Shown: in pieces, positions 18,317 to 30,377 of the stretch
Layout: every line of letters begins with the position of its first letter
Numbering within the stretch: the stretch's first letter is position 1
Source: Acidobacteriota bacterium
Lineage (GTDB): Bacteria; Acidobacteriota; Thermoanaerobaculia; Multivoradales; JAHEKO01
Direction: 5' to 3'
Assembly: GCA_029862975.1 (NCBI GenBank)
Contig: JAOTWP010000003.1
Location: 5,904-69,903, forward strand
Length of the DNA stretch: 64,000 bases
Notes under the pieces: generated by a model
Seen by the model: only the letters and a program-made list of their open reading frames with translations
Database searches by the model: none
Told to the model about the DNA's origin: nothing
Translations under genes and position numbers: made by a program

Positions 18317-18478
18317 TGACGCGCAACGCCTTGGGCCGGATCGACGATCCTGCAACGACGCCCCGGGGTGGCTCGACGGTCTCGATCCCGAGACTGCACT
18401 TGGACGAACCCCTTTTTCCTACCTGAAGTCCTTTTCGACCTGACGCCCCAAGGTTGCGGCCGGATCGGCGATCCCGGC
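18287..18478. repeat. two direct copies (~66 nt, ~125-nt period) of the E1 right end plus flank
   Basis: 18287-18353 CTTTTCCTTACTTGGAGTCCTTTCGCGACCTGACGCGCAACGCCTTGGGCCGGATCGACGATCC aligns with 18411-18478 CTTTTTCCTACCTGAAGTCCTTTTCGACCTGACGCCCCAAGGTTGCGGCCGGATCGGCGATCC. Confidence 0.65.
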
Positions 18479-18561
18479 CACCGTCATCGCAAGGCCGCGT
18501 CGTGGCGTGCCCGGCGGCCGGGCACGATGCCGCCCGCGGCGGGGGCGGTAACATCGTCGCG

Positions 18562-21396
18562 ATGGCAAGCTCGGTCGCCGCGGTCGTCGCCGGTCTGCGC
18601 CGGGACCCCGGACTCGGAGGCCAGCTGGCCGGGAGCCTCGTGCTGCCCGCCGCGGCTCGGCGGCTGGACGTGCCGGATCCCCCGCTGGCGCCGGCGGCGG
18701 CGCGGGCGCTCGCCGGCCGCGGCATCGTCAGGCTCTGGTCCCATCAGGTCGCGGCGCTGGCGGGGGCGCGGGCCGGGCGCGACGTGCTCGTCACGACGCC
18801 GACGGCGTCGGGCAAGTCGCTCGTCTTCCAGCTGCCGGTGCTCGAGGAGGCGGCGCGCGGCGGCCGGGGACGCGCGCTTTTCCTCTATCCCTTGAAGGCC
18901 CTGGGGCACGACCAGCGGGCCAAGCTGGACCTCCTGGCGGCGGCCGGCGGGCTCGACGTCACGACGGCGGTCTTCGACGGCGACACGCCGCGCGAGGACC
19001 GGGCGCGCACGAAGAGCGTGCCGCCGCGGGTGCTGATCTCGAATCCCGACATGCTGCACGTGGGGATCCTCGCCCGCTGGGCGGAGTGGGAGCCCTTCCT
19101 GCGCGACCTCAGGTGGCTGGTGCTCGACGAGCTGCACACCTATCGCGGCATCTTCGGCAGCCATTTCCACCACGTGCTGCGGCGCCTCGAGCGGGTCTGC
19201 GCCCGGCTCGGCAGCCGGCCGTCGATCATCGCGTCCTCGGCCACGGCGGCCAACGCCGGCGAGTTCGCGAGCCTGCTGGCCGGCCGCGACTTCGAGTGGG
19301 TCGGCGAGTCGGGGGCGCCGCGGGCGCGGCGGCACCTGCTGCTGTTCCAGCCGGCGTCGAGCCCCTACACGACGACGCTCGATCTCCTCGTGGCCCTGCT
19401 CGCGGCCGGCCTCAAGACGATCGTCTTCACCAAGGCGCGGCGGATCACGGAGCTGCTCTACACCTGGCTGCGGCAGCAGGCCCCGGCGGCCGCGAAACGG
19501 GTCGCCAGCTACCGCTCGGGCTTCCTGCCCGAGGAGCGGCGGCGCATCGAGCGGCGGCTCTTCGACGGCGAGCTCGACGCCGTGATCTCGACCTCCGCGC
19601 TCGAGATGGGGATCGACGTCGGTGGCCTCGACGCCTGCATCCTCGTGGGCTTCCCGGGCAGCGTGATGGCGACCTGGCAACGCTCCGGCCGGGCCGGCCG
19701 GCAGGAGCGCGAGTCCCTGACCGCTCTCGTGGCGCTGCCGGACGCCCTCGACCAGTACCTGCTCGCCCACCCCGACCAGTTCGCGCAGCGCTCCTGCGAG
19801 CAGCTCCTGCTCGATCCGTTCAACGAGCCCGTGACCCGCGCGCATCTCGTCTGCGCGGCGGCGGAGCGGCCGCTGTCGAGGGACCTCGACGCCGCCTATC
19901 TGGAGCGCCATCGCGCGGTCGTCGACGACCTCCTCGCGGACGGCGAGCTGGGCGAGTCCGAAGCGGGGCGCGAGCTTCACGCCCGGCGACCGCGACCCCA
20001 CGGCGGCGTCAACCTGCGCGGCGGCGGCGGCGCGACGGTGATCCTCGAGCTCGGCACGGGCCGCCTCGTGGGCACCGTGGACGGCGTCCGGGTGCTCCAC
20101 GAGTGCCACCCGGGAGCGATCTACCTCCACGCCGGCGAGCAGTACCTCGTGCGCCAGCTCGACCTCGACCGCCACCAGGTCTTCGTCGAGAAGGTCGACG
20201 TCGAGTACTTCACGACGCCGCGCACCCGCAAGGAGACGGAGATCCTCGAGGTCATCGCGGAGGCGCGCGACGGCCGGCTGCGCCGCGGCCTCGGCAGGCT
20301 CAAGGTCACCGAGTGGGTCCTCGGCTACGAGCGCAAGCGCATCTCCGGGCGCGAGACGATCGACGTCCACGAGCTCGAGCTGCCGCCGACCCGGCTCGAG
20401 ACGGTCGGGCTGTGGTGGTGGGCGCCGGGCGCGATCCAGGCGAGCCTCGAGGCGCTCGAGGAGGACCCCATGGGCGCCCTCCACGCCGCCGAGCACGCCG
20501 CGATCTCGCTCGTCCCGGTGCTCGCCGTCTGCGACCGCGGCGACGTCGGCGGCATCTCGCTGCCGTTCCACCCACAGCTCGGCTCGGGCGGCGTCTTCAT
20601 CTACGACGGCCACGCCGGCGGCGTCGGCATCGCCGCCCGCGCCTTCCGCGAGCTCCCCGACCTGCTGGCGCGGGTGGTCGATCTCGTGGCCGCCTGCGAC
20701 TGCGAAGAGGGCTGCCCGGCGTGCATCCAGTCCCCCAAGTGCGGCAACGGCAACCGCCCCCTGGACAAGTCCGGCGCCGTGCGCGCCCTGCGCATCCTGC
20801 TCGGCCGCGAGGAGCCGCTGGGCGAGTGGATCGAGGCCCCCGCGGTCGAGATCTTCGAGGAGTCTCGAAAGAAGGAAAGGACTCCAGGTAAGGGAGCGCA
20901 GGTCTCGTCGACCGGTCTGCCGGTGCGAACGCTCCTGGTCCGGGTTCTACCGGGCGCCGAGCCGGGCGGCGTGGCGGCCGTCGCCGTCCATCATCTCGAG
21001 AGCGGCTCGAGCGAGACCCTGGATCCCGCCGACGCGGACGGCCTGCTCGAACGTCTGGCCGCGGCCACCCACGTCGTCGGCCTGGAGCTCGACGCGTCCG
21101 CCGTCGTCAGGAGCTCGGGGTTTCCCTACCTGGATCTGCTGGCGGAAGTCGAACGCTCCCTCGGCCGCCGCCTGAGCTTCAGCCACCTCGCCCAGCACAC
21201 CCTGAACCGCCGCCTCGCCGCCCGCGCCTTCGAAGTCCGCCAATGGCTGGCCGAGGGCGACCTCTCACGCCTCGAGAAAGCCTGCCTCGAAGACCTCGAC
21301 ACCCTCCGCGCCCTCTACCTCCACGGCCGCGTCCACGGCCACGTCATCCACCGCGACGGAGAAGGCCGCAACCTGAAGCTACCCGTCGAGTGGTGA
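18562..21396 (+). CDS. MrfA/YprA-type DExH-box helicase (DUF1998 zinc-finger C-terminal domain) fused to a MrfB/YprB-like RNase-H-fold domain
   Basis: ATG at 18562. Helicase motif I is TPTASGKS, motif II is DELH, motif III is SSAT and motif VI is QRSGRAGR. The four-Cys cluster is CDCEEGCPACIQSPKCGNGN. The last ~160 aa match the end of the PF13482-type pattern as I remember it (YLDLL...LAQHTLNRR...ACLEDLDTLRALY). Confidence 0.8.
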   Translation: MASSVAAVVAGLRRDPGLGGQLAGSLVLPAAARRLDVPDPPLAPAAARALAGRGIVRLWSHQVAALAGARAGRDVLVTTPTASGKSLVFQLPVLEEAARGGRGRALFLYPLKALGHDQRAKLDLLAAAGGLDVTTAVFDGDTPREDRARTKSVPPRVLISNPDMLHVGILARWAEWEPFLRDLRWLVLDELHTYRGIFGSHFHHVLRRLERVCARLGSRPSIIASSATAANAGEFASLLAGRDFEWVGESGAPRARRHLLLFQPASSPYTTTLDLLVALLAAGLKTIVFTKARRITELLYTWLRQQAPAAAKRVASYRSGFLPEERRRIERRLFDGELDAVISTSALEMGIDVGGLDACILVGFPGSVMATWQRSGRAGRQERESLTALVALPDALDQYLLAHPDQFAQRSCEQLLLDPFNEPVTRAHLVCAAAERPLSRDLDAAYLERHRAVVDDLLADGELGESEAGRELHARRPRPHGGVNLRGGGGATVILELGTGRLVGTVDGVRVLHECHPGAIYLHAGEQYLVRQLDLDRHQVFVEKVDVEYFTTPRTRKETEILEVIAEARDGRLRRGLGRLKVTEWVLGYERKRISGRETIDVHELELPPTRLETVGLWWWAPGAIQASLEALEEDPMGALHAAEHAAISLVPVLAVCDRGDVGGISLPFHPQLGSGGVFIYDGHAGGVGIAARAFRELPDLLARVVDLVAACDCEEGCPACIQSPKCGNGNRPLDKSGAVRALRILLGREEPLGEWIEAPAVEIFEESRKKERTPGKGAQVSSTGLPVRTLLVRVLPGAEPGGVAAVAVHHLESGSSETLDPADADGLLERLAAATHVVGLELDASAVVRSSGFPYLDLLAEVERSLGRRLSFSHLAQHTLNRRLAARAFEVRQWLAEGDLSRLEKACLEDLDTLRALYLHGRVHGHVIHRDGEGRNLKLPVEW
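20866..20896. repeat. solo or partial copy of the E1/E2 terminal repeat inside the helicase inter-domain linker
   Basis: CGAAAGAAGGAAAGGACTCCAGGTAAGGGAG matches the TIR core CGAAAGGACTCCAGGTAAGGAA. It is translated as SRKKERTPGKG between the DUF1998 and MrfB-like parts. Confidence 0.55.
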
Positions 21397-21446
21397 CGCT
21401 GGGCACCCCGAAGCCGGGCGCCTGGAATTCGGGAAGAGCCGGTGAC

Positions 21447-21519
21447 AGGATACCGATCTCGCAAGAGTCCGAAACGGCGGCCCCGCCCGTCACTCGGTGG
21501 ACCCGAGATCGGGTATCCT
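21447..21519. terminator. long hairpin between convergent genes (possible bidirectional terminator)
   Basis: AGGATACCGATCTCG (21447-21461) pairs with CGAGATCGGGTATCCT (21504-21519), giving a 15-bp stem with one bulge. There is no clear U-tract. Confidence 0.4.
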
Positions 21520-21535
21520 TGACCTCCAGCGCCGG

Positions 21536-22780
21536 TCAGGGCACCGTCTGCGACCAGGCTGAGGTGTCGCCCGACTCGAAGCCGTCGGCGAACAGGCGGC
21601 GGAAGCAGCGGGCGAAGACGTCGCTCTGACCGCCTGCAGCGCCCTGACTCCAGACGACGATGAACTCGCGGGCGTCGGCCCCGCGAACCGCGAGATCGGC
21701 GGGGGAGGGGTAGGGGTACGGGCTGGTCGCGATCTCGAACGGCGGCCGGAGCTCGTTGTCGCGCGAGCCGAGCCGGCCCTTGATGTCGAAGGCGTACTGG
21801 CCGTCGCCGTAGGCCACGACGAAATCGCCGGTCGCCGTCACGTCGATCGCGAACTCGCCCGTGTCCTCCGCCAGACGCACCCGCGGTCCCAGGCCCCCGG
21901 CGCCGGTTGCACGCGAGACCACGTCCGAGCGTTCGAGGTGGATCTGCTCCCGCCAGACCACCCGGAAGCTGTTCTCCTCGTCGGCGGCGATCTTTGGATG
22001 GTAGGAAAAGACGCCGTGGAGCGGCGGCCCGACCTCGAAGGCGGGCTCGAAGTCCCCTTGTGCCGCCACGAAGCGGCGCCCCCAGACCTCGGGCCAGGTT
22101 TCTTGCTGCTCCCAGGTCACGAAGTAGTCGCCGTTCGGGGCCAGGCCGGCCGGCGCGATGTCGTTCGAGCTCGCCTGGTCGGTGACACGGACCCGGGGGC
22201 CCGCCGGCTTGCCGTCGGCCTCATAGCCGCGGGTCCACACCGAGCGCCCGGTACCCTCGACGGTCATCCACGAGGCGAGGAACGAGCCCTCCGCGGCGAC
22301 GCTCACGGAGCCCCCGCCGAACGGCTCCGCCGCGGCCGGCTCGATCACGAACTCGTCGTCGATGGGACCGGGGCCGAGGAACCGGCGCCCCACCAGACCC
22401 TGGTCGCTGCTGCGCCAGACGGCGACGACCCGGCCCGACGCGTCCACGCCCACGTCGGGGGCGTACTGCTGGCCGGTGGTGTACTGGTTGAGCTGCACCT
22501 CGTTCGACAGCGGCTGGCAGTCGCCGTCGTACCAGCGGCCGAACACCCCGGACTCGTCGCCATCCTGCCCGCCCGAGGATCTCCAGACGGCGACGAAGCT
22601 CCCATCCCCCGACGAGGCGACTCGCGCCCAACTCTGATGGTCTGGCGTGTACTGGTTGACCTGGAACGGATCGGTCGCGGGCGCCTGCGGCACAGCCGCC
22701 CGCGGCGCGAAGGTCAGGAGCGCGACCAGCACGATGGTCAGGACCCGAACGGGGGGCCGGGCGCCGGCCCAAGCAGTCAC
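21536..22780 (-). CDS. secreted repeat protein (about seven ~50-aa propeller-like repeats) with the same C-terminal tail as 16194-17375
   Basis: It has a signal peptide (VRVLTIVLVALLTFAPRAAVPQA). The repeated unit is QVNQYTxxxQ...G(S/D)F(V/L)(A/V)VW...G(V/L)(F/V)GRRF. It ends LFADGFESGDTSAWSQTVP. Confidence 0.75.
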   Translation of the reverse strand: MTAWAGARPPVRVLTIVLVALLTFAPRAAVPQAPATDPFQVNQYTPDHQSWARVASSGDGSFVAVWRSSGGQDGDESGVFGRWYDGDCQPLSNEVQLNQYTTGQQYAPDVGVDASGRVVAVWRSSDQGLVGRRFLGPGPIDDEFVIEPAAAEPFGGGSVSVAAEGSFLASWMTVEGTGRSVWTRGYEADGKPAGPRVRVTDQASSNDIAPAGLAPNGDYFVTWEQQETWPEVWGRRFVAAQGDFEPAFEVGPPLHGVFSYHPKIAADEENSFRVVWREQIHLERSDVVSRATGAGGLGPRVRLAEDTGEFAIDVTATGDFVVAYGDGQYAFDIKGRLGSRDNELRPPFEIATSPYPYPSPADLAVRGADAREFIVVWSQGAAGGQSDVFARCFRRLFADGFESGDTSAWSQTVP

Positions 22781-22878
22781 CGGAGCAGTCTATCTCGACC
22801 CTGTGCGCTCTCGAGTCAGCTCCGCCACTCGCGGCCGGGCCCCGAATTCCGGCTGCGCCCGCGCACTTCGGGTGGGAC

Positions 22879-24099
22879 TCAGGCCGTGAGGACTCTCTCG
22901 AGGCGCACGAGCGCCCAGTCGAGCTCTTCGCGAGTGATCACCAGGGGGGGTGCCACGCGGATGACGTTCTCGTGGGTCTCCTTGCACAGCACGCCCTCGT
23001 CGCGCAGCGCCTCGCAGAAGCGGCGGGCGCCGCCGGCTCCGGGTACGAGCTCGATGCCGACCCACAGGCCGCGGCCGCGGACCTCGGCGACGTGCGGGGA
23101 GTCGACGGCCCGCAGGCGGTCGAGGAGGTAGCGGCCGAGCTGCGCCGAGTTCTCGATCATCCTCTCCTCGACGAGGACGCGCAGCGCCGCGAGGCCGACG
23201 GCGGCGGCCACCGGGTTGCCGCCGTAGGTCGAGCCGTGGTCGCCCGGCTGGAAGACGTCCATGATGGGGTTGTCCGCGACGATCGCCGAGACCGGGTAGA
23301 GGCCGCCGGAGAGGGCCTTGCCCATGATGACGACGTCCGGCCGGATGTCCTCGTGCTCGTAGGCCCACATCTTGCCCGTGCGCCCGAGACCGGACTGGAT
23401 CTCGTCGACCACGAGCAGGGCGTCGTGGCGGCTGGTGATCTCCCGCAGCCGCTTCAGGTAGCCGTCCGGCGGGACGACGATGCCGGCCTCGCCCTGGATC
23501 GGCTCGACGAGGACCGCGGCGACGTTGGGATTCATCGCCGCCTCGACGGCGTCGGCGTCGCCGTAGGGCAGCATCGTGAACCCGGGAGCGAACGGGCCAA
23601 AGCCGCGCTTGTACTGCTCCTCGCTGGAGAAGCCCACGATCATCGTCGTGCGGCCGTGGAAGTTGCCCGTGAAGACGAGGATCTCCGCCTGGCCGGCCGG
23701 CACTCCCTTGACCTCGTAGGCCCACTTGCGCGCCGCCTTGATCGCCGTCTCCACGGCCTCGGCGCCGGTGTTCATCGGCAGCACCCGGTCGAACCCCGTC
23801 AGCCGCTTGAGCTCCTGGAAGAAGGGGCCGAGCTGGTCGTTGCGGAACGCCCGCGAGGTCAGGGCCACGCGGCGGCTCTGGGTCACGAGGGCCTCGACGA
23901 TGACGGGGTGGCAATGCCCCTGGTTGACCGCCGAGTAGGCCGCGAGACAGTCGAGGTACTTCTTGCCGTCGACGTCCCACACCCACACGCCCGCGGCGCG
24001 CTCGATGACGACGTCGAGCGGGTGGTAGTTGTGGGCGCCGACCTCGTCTTCGAGGGCGACGAACGCTGCGGTCTTCGAGAGATCGGCTGCCTTGTCCAT
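22879..24099 (-). CDS. rocD: ornithine--oxo-acid aminotransferase
   Basis: It is near-colinear with the RocD/OAT proteins I know: GAHNYHPLDVVIERA, YSAVNQGHCHP, LTSRAFRNDQLGPF, LPMNTGAEAVE, DEIQSGLGRTGK, HGSTYGGNP, CKETHENVIRVAPPL. Confidence 0.9.
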   Translation of the reverse strand: MDKAADLSKTAAFVALEDEVGAHNYHPLDVVIERAAGVWVWDVDGKKYLDCLAAYSAVNQGHCHPVIVEALVTQSRRVALTSRAFRNDQLGPFFQELKRLTGFDRVLPMNTGAEAVETAIKAARKWAYEVKGVPAGQAEILVFTGNFHGRTTMIVGFSSEEQYKRGFGPFAPGFTMLPYGDADAVEAAMNPNVAAVLVEPIQGEAGIVVPPDGYLKRLREITSRHDALLVVDEIQSGLGRTGKMWAYEHEDIRPDVVIMGKALSGGLYPVSAIVADNPIMDVFQPGDHGSTYGGNPVAAAVGLAALRVLVEERMIENSAQLGRYLLDRLRAVDSPHVAEVRGRGLWVGIELVPGAGGARRFCEALRDEGVLCKETHENVIRVAPPLVITREELDWALVRLERVLTA

Positions 24100-24197
24100 G
24101 GGTCAGGTTCTACCACACTGTTCCTTGGGCGGGAACAGGCCCGCCGCCGCGCCCCCGGGCCGGGCGAGCGGAGCGTCCGCGGCGCGGCCGCCGGCTC

Positions 24198-24944
24198 CTA
24201 GCCGGCCTCGCTCCCGGCGCCGGCGGCGGGCTGGCGGGTGCTCTCCGGCGTCATCGGAGAGTACAGGTCGCGGCGCCGGTCGAGATCGGCCTTGACGGCG
24301 TTCTTGAAGCCCGCTTCGGCGCGGCCGCCCGTCGCCGCCATCTCGGCCTTGTAGTCCGCGATCTCGAGCAGCTCGAAGTTCATCCGCACGGTGCGGAAGA
24401 GCCGGGGGAAGAGCTGGCCCGGCATCTGGACGTGGTGCAGGCCGCCGCTGTAGGCCATGAGCAGCTGTCCGTCGTCGATCACGCGCAGGATGTCGGCGAT
24501 GCCGCCGCGCGCGGTCATCGGACGCCCGTTGACGTCGAGACCGGTTCGCCGCCGCATCCGGCCTTCGGGCAGGATGAGGACCATCGAGTCGCTGTCGATG
24601 CGGCTCAGCATCGTGTCCCAGGTGTGGTCGGCCTCGCGGGTGATCGAGACGGGATGCGGAATGACGACCTTGAAGAAGCGCCCGACGATGGGGCGGTTCA
24701 GCGTCTTCTCGGCGGCGGGGACGACGGCGCGTTTGGCGATCTCCCAGAGCAGCCGGTTGGGGACGGCGGCGGCGAAGATCGGCTCGTAGAGGCTCGTGTG
24801 GTTGAGAAACACGATCACCCGAACCCGCTTCCAGGGCCGGCCGGGTACCGGGCCGCCCCGGATGTCGCGCCCCCGGAGCCGGAAGAACGTCATGGAGACG
24901 GCCTTGATTGCGAGCAGGATCGCGAAGCTGATGTACTTGCCCAC
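24198..24944 (-). CDS. PlsC-like lysophospholipid acyltransferase
   Basis: Acyltransferase motifs FLNHTSLYEP (HX4D-like variant) and LPEGRMRR, with an N-terminal TM segment. The GTG start at 24944 (GAGG upstream) was chosen because the longer track ORF would run into the fabI start and translates as junk. Confidence 0.6.
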   Translation of the reverse strand: MGKYISFAILLAIKAVSMTFFRLRGRDIRGGPVPGRPWKRVRVIVFLNHTSLYEPIFAAAVPNRLLWEIAKRAVVPAAEKTLNRPIVGRFFKVVIPHPVSITREADHTWDTMLSRIDSDSMVLILPEGRMRRRTGLDVNGRPMTARGGIADILRVIDDGQLLMAYSGGLHHVQMPGQLFPRLFRTVRMNFELLEIADYKAEMAATGGRAEAGFKNAVKADLDRRRDLYSPMTPESTRQPAAGAGSEAG

Positions 24945-25080
24945 AGGTGCCTCGAAGCGACGCCGGGAGTTCGTTCGGTCTCGCCGGGCGATGATGCCAC
25001 AGGGCGCCGCGGCAGGCCCCCGGCCGGCCTCCGCCGCCGCGAGTGGTGCCCGGCGGAGGCTCGCAGTAGGATAGCCGTCC

Positions 25081-25869
25081 ATGCTCGCGATCGACATGAG
25101 CGGCAAGCGCGTCCTGGTGATGGGCGTGACGAACCGGTTCAGCCTCGGCTGGGCCATCGCCGACCGGCTGCACGCCGCGGGCGCCGAGCTCGCGTTCAGC
25201 TACCAGGGCGAGCGGCTGCGGGAGACGATCGAGAAGCTCACGGCGGACCTGGGCGGCTGCCCCCTCTTCGAGGTCGACGTGACCGTGGAAGACGACCTGA
25301 CGGCGATGTTCGCCGCCCTCGCACAGCGGTGGGGGCGCCTCGACGGCGTCGTCCACGCGATCGCCTTCGCGCCCCGCGACGCCATGCTCGGCCGCTACGT
25401 GGAGACGACCCGCGAGGACTGGCTCACGGCCCTCGAGGTGTCGGCCTATTCGCTGGTCGGAGTGGCTCGGCACGCCGAGCCGCTGCTCGCCGAGGGCGCG
25501 AGCCTCGTGACGCTGACCTACTTCGCCGCGGAGAAGGTGGTTCCCAAGTACAACGTCATGGGGGTTGCCAAGAGCGCCCTCGAGGCGAGCGTGCGCTACC
25601 TCGCCTACGACCTCGGCAAGAAGGGCGTGCGCGTCAACGCCGTCTCGGCCGGTCCCGTCAAGACCGTGGCCGCGCGCTCCGTCCCCGGCTTCATGAGCAT
25701 GTACAGGGAGTTCGTCGAGCTGGCGCCGCTGGCCCGCAACATCAGCCAGGAGGACGTCGGCAACCTCGGCCTCTTTCTGCTCTCGCCGCTGGCCTCCTCG
25801 ATCACCGGCGAGGTCGTCTACGTCGACTCCGGCTACCACGTCATGGGCATGAAGCTGCCCGAGGAGTAG
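25081..25869 (+). CDS. fabI: enoyl-[acyl-carrier-protein] reductase (NADH), FabI
   Basis: Motifs: GKRVLVMGVTNRFSLGWAIA, HAIAFAP, YNVMGVAKSALEASVRYLA, NAVSAGPVKT, GEVVYVDSGYH. Confidence 0.92.
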   Translation: MLAIDMSGKRVLVMGVTNRFSLGWAIADRLHAAGAELAFSYQGERLRETIEKLTADLGGCPLFEVDVTVEDDLTAMFAALAQRWGRLDGVVHAIAFAPRDAMLGRYVETTREDWLTALEVSAYSLVGVARHAEPLLAEGASLVTLTYFAAEKVVPKYNVMGVAKSALEASVRYLAYDLGKKGVRVNAVSAGPVKTVAARSVPGFMSMYREFVELAPLARNISQEDVGNLGLFLLSPLASSITGEVVYVDSGYHVMGMKLPEE

Positions 25870-25875
25870 CGCCGC

Positions 25876-26802
25876 TCAGAGGCTCGTCGCCGCCGACCGG
25901 AGCAGAGGCGCGAGGGCTTGGCGTCGCTCCCGCTCCAGGCCGGCCAGCAGCTCGTCGAGGGCCGCGACCGCGGCGCGGGCCGGCCGCGAGCGACCCGCCA
26001 GCCGGTGTAGCGTCGAGCGCTGGAACGAGAGGTCGTTGAGGTCCCCGAGCACGTCCTGGAGCACCTTCAGGGCCTCGATCTTCCGGGCCGTCTCCGCCTC
26101 GTCGTGGAGCGAGCGGAAGAACTCGGAGAGATAGCGCAGCTTCTTGCAGGCGATCCGCAGCTTGTGCAGATCGGCGGCCGGCGCCGACGGCCCGCTGCCG
26201 GCGGCGAGCGCCAGAACCCGGCCGCGGGCGCGGGCGATCCGGTCGGCGGCCACCTCGGCGATCGGGAGCCTTCCGGCCGCGAGCCCGGGCTCCGCGGCGG
26301 CGGCGAGGGTGCGCGGCCAGGCTCGGACGAGGCGCCGGTAGCGGCCGGAGTCGAGCTCCGCGGCGAGCAGCCGTCGGGCTCGTGCCCGCAGCTGCGCGAG
26401 CCTCTCGCCGACCGCGCCCGCATCGGCGGCCAGGTGGGCCGGCAACGAGGCCAGGTAGGCGGGCAGCTTCTCCATGAAGACGTCGAGGTCGCGGCTGGGG
26501 CCGGTTGCCCCCGCGAGCCAGGACAGCTCGCGCCGCAGGCGTTTGCCGGGAGCGGCGGGCAGCACGTCGCGCAGCTGCCCAAGTGCCGATCGCGCGCGCC
26601 GCACCGCGACCCGGAAATCGTGAAGCGGCTCCGGATCGTCGGCGCGGCGCACGCCCTCCTCGTGGGCGCGCACGATCTCGAAGAGCGCCCCGAGAATGGC
26701 GACCGTCGCGCTCGCGGCCGGCTGGTCGGGGTCGAGGTCGACCAGGCCCGGAGGGGGCGCGCTCGCGGGAGGCTCGGTCGGCTGTGGCACGAAGCCCGTC
26801 AC
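25876..26802 (-). CDS. CHAD domain protein
   Basis: It has the helical Arg/Leu-rich pattern with LHDFRVAVRRARSAL and LHKLRIACKKLRYLSEFF, typical of CHAD domains. GTG start 43 nt downstream of the dnaE2 stop on the same strand. Confidence 0.75.
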   Translation of the reverse strand: MTGFVPQPTEPPASAPPPGLVDLDPDQPAASATVAILGALFEIVRAHEEGVRRADDPEPLHDFRVAVRRARSALGQLRDVLPAAPGKRLRRELSWLAGATGPSRDLDVFMEKLPAYLASLPAHLAADAGAVGERLAQLRARARRLLAAELDSGRYRRLVRAWPRTLAAAAEPGLAAGRLPIAEVAADRIARARGRVLALAAGSGPSAPAADLHKLRIACKKLRYLSEFFRSLHDEAETARKIEALKVLQDVLGDLNDLSFQRSTLHRLAGRSRPARAAVAALDELLAGLERERRQALAPLLRSAATSL

Positions 26803-26845
26803 GGCCTCGTGACGTTACTACCCGTCACGAAGCGCGGCAACGCGG

Positions 26846-30361
<3,516 letters not shown>

Positions 30362-30377
30362 GGGGAGCAAGAGCGTA

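Noticed and set aside
17982-18561. Small ORFs in the repeat-rich spacer (18122-18319 +, 18210-18443 +, 18064-18399 -).
   Set aside because: They have no RBS and their sequence is dictated by the repeat elements. The overlapping frames are mutually exclusive and show no recognisable motifs.
21401-22874. The inverted 40-nt repeats bracketing gene 21536-22780, read as transposon ends.
   Set aside because: There is no transposase. Each copy sits 5 nt after a stop codon in the direction of transcription and folds as a hairpin, so a terminator or REP-like role is more parsimonious. It is kept as a low-interest finding.
24945-25157. Longer N-terminus for the PlsC-like gene, reaching 25157 and overlapping the fabI start.
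   Set aside because: The extension is Arg/Ala/Pro-rich and non-protein-like, and it would bury the fabI promoter and start. A GTG with GAGG upstream at 24944 gives a normal TM-anchored acyltransferase.
26451-26459. Additional CCAGGTAGG / CTACCTGG matches to the repeat core inside CDSs (26451-26459 in the CHAD gene, 2240-2247 in the GT4 gene).
   Set aside because: They are only 8-9 nt with no flanking similarity. They are explained by the frequent Tyr-Leu dicodon TAC-CTG in this genome.
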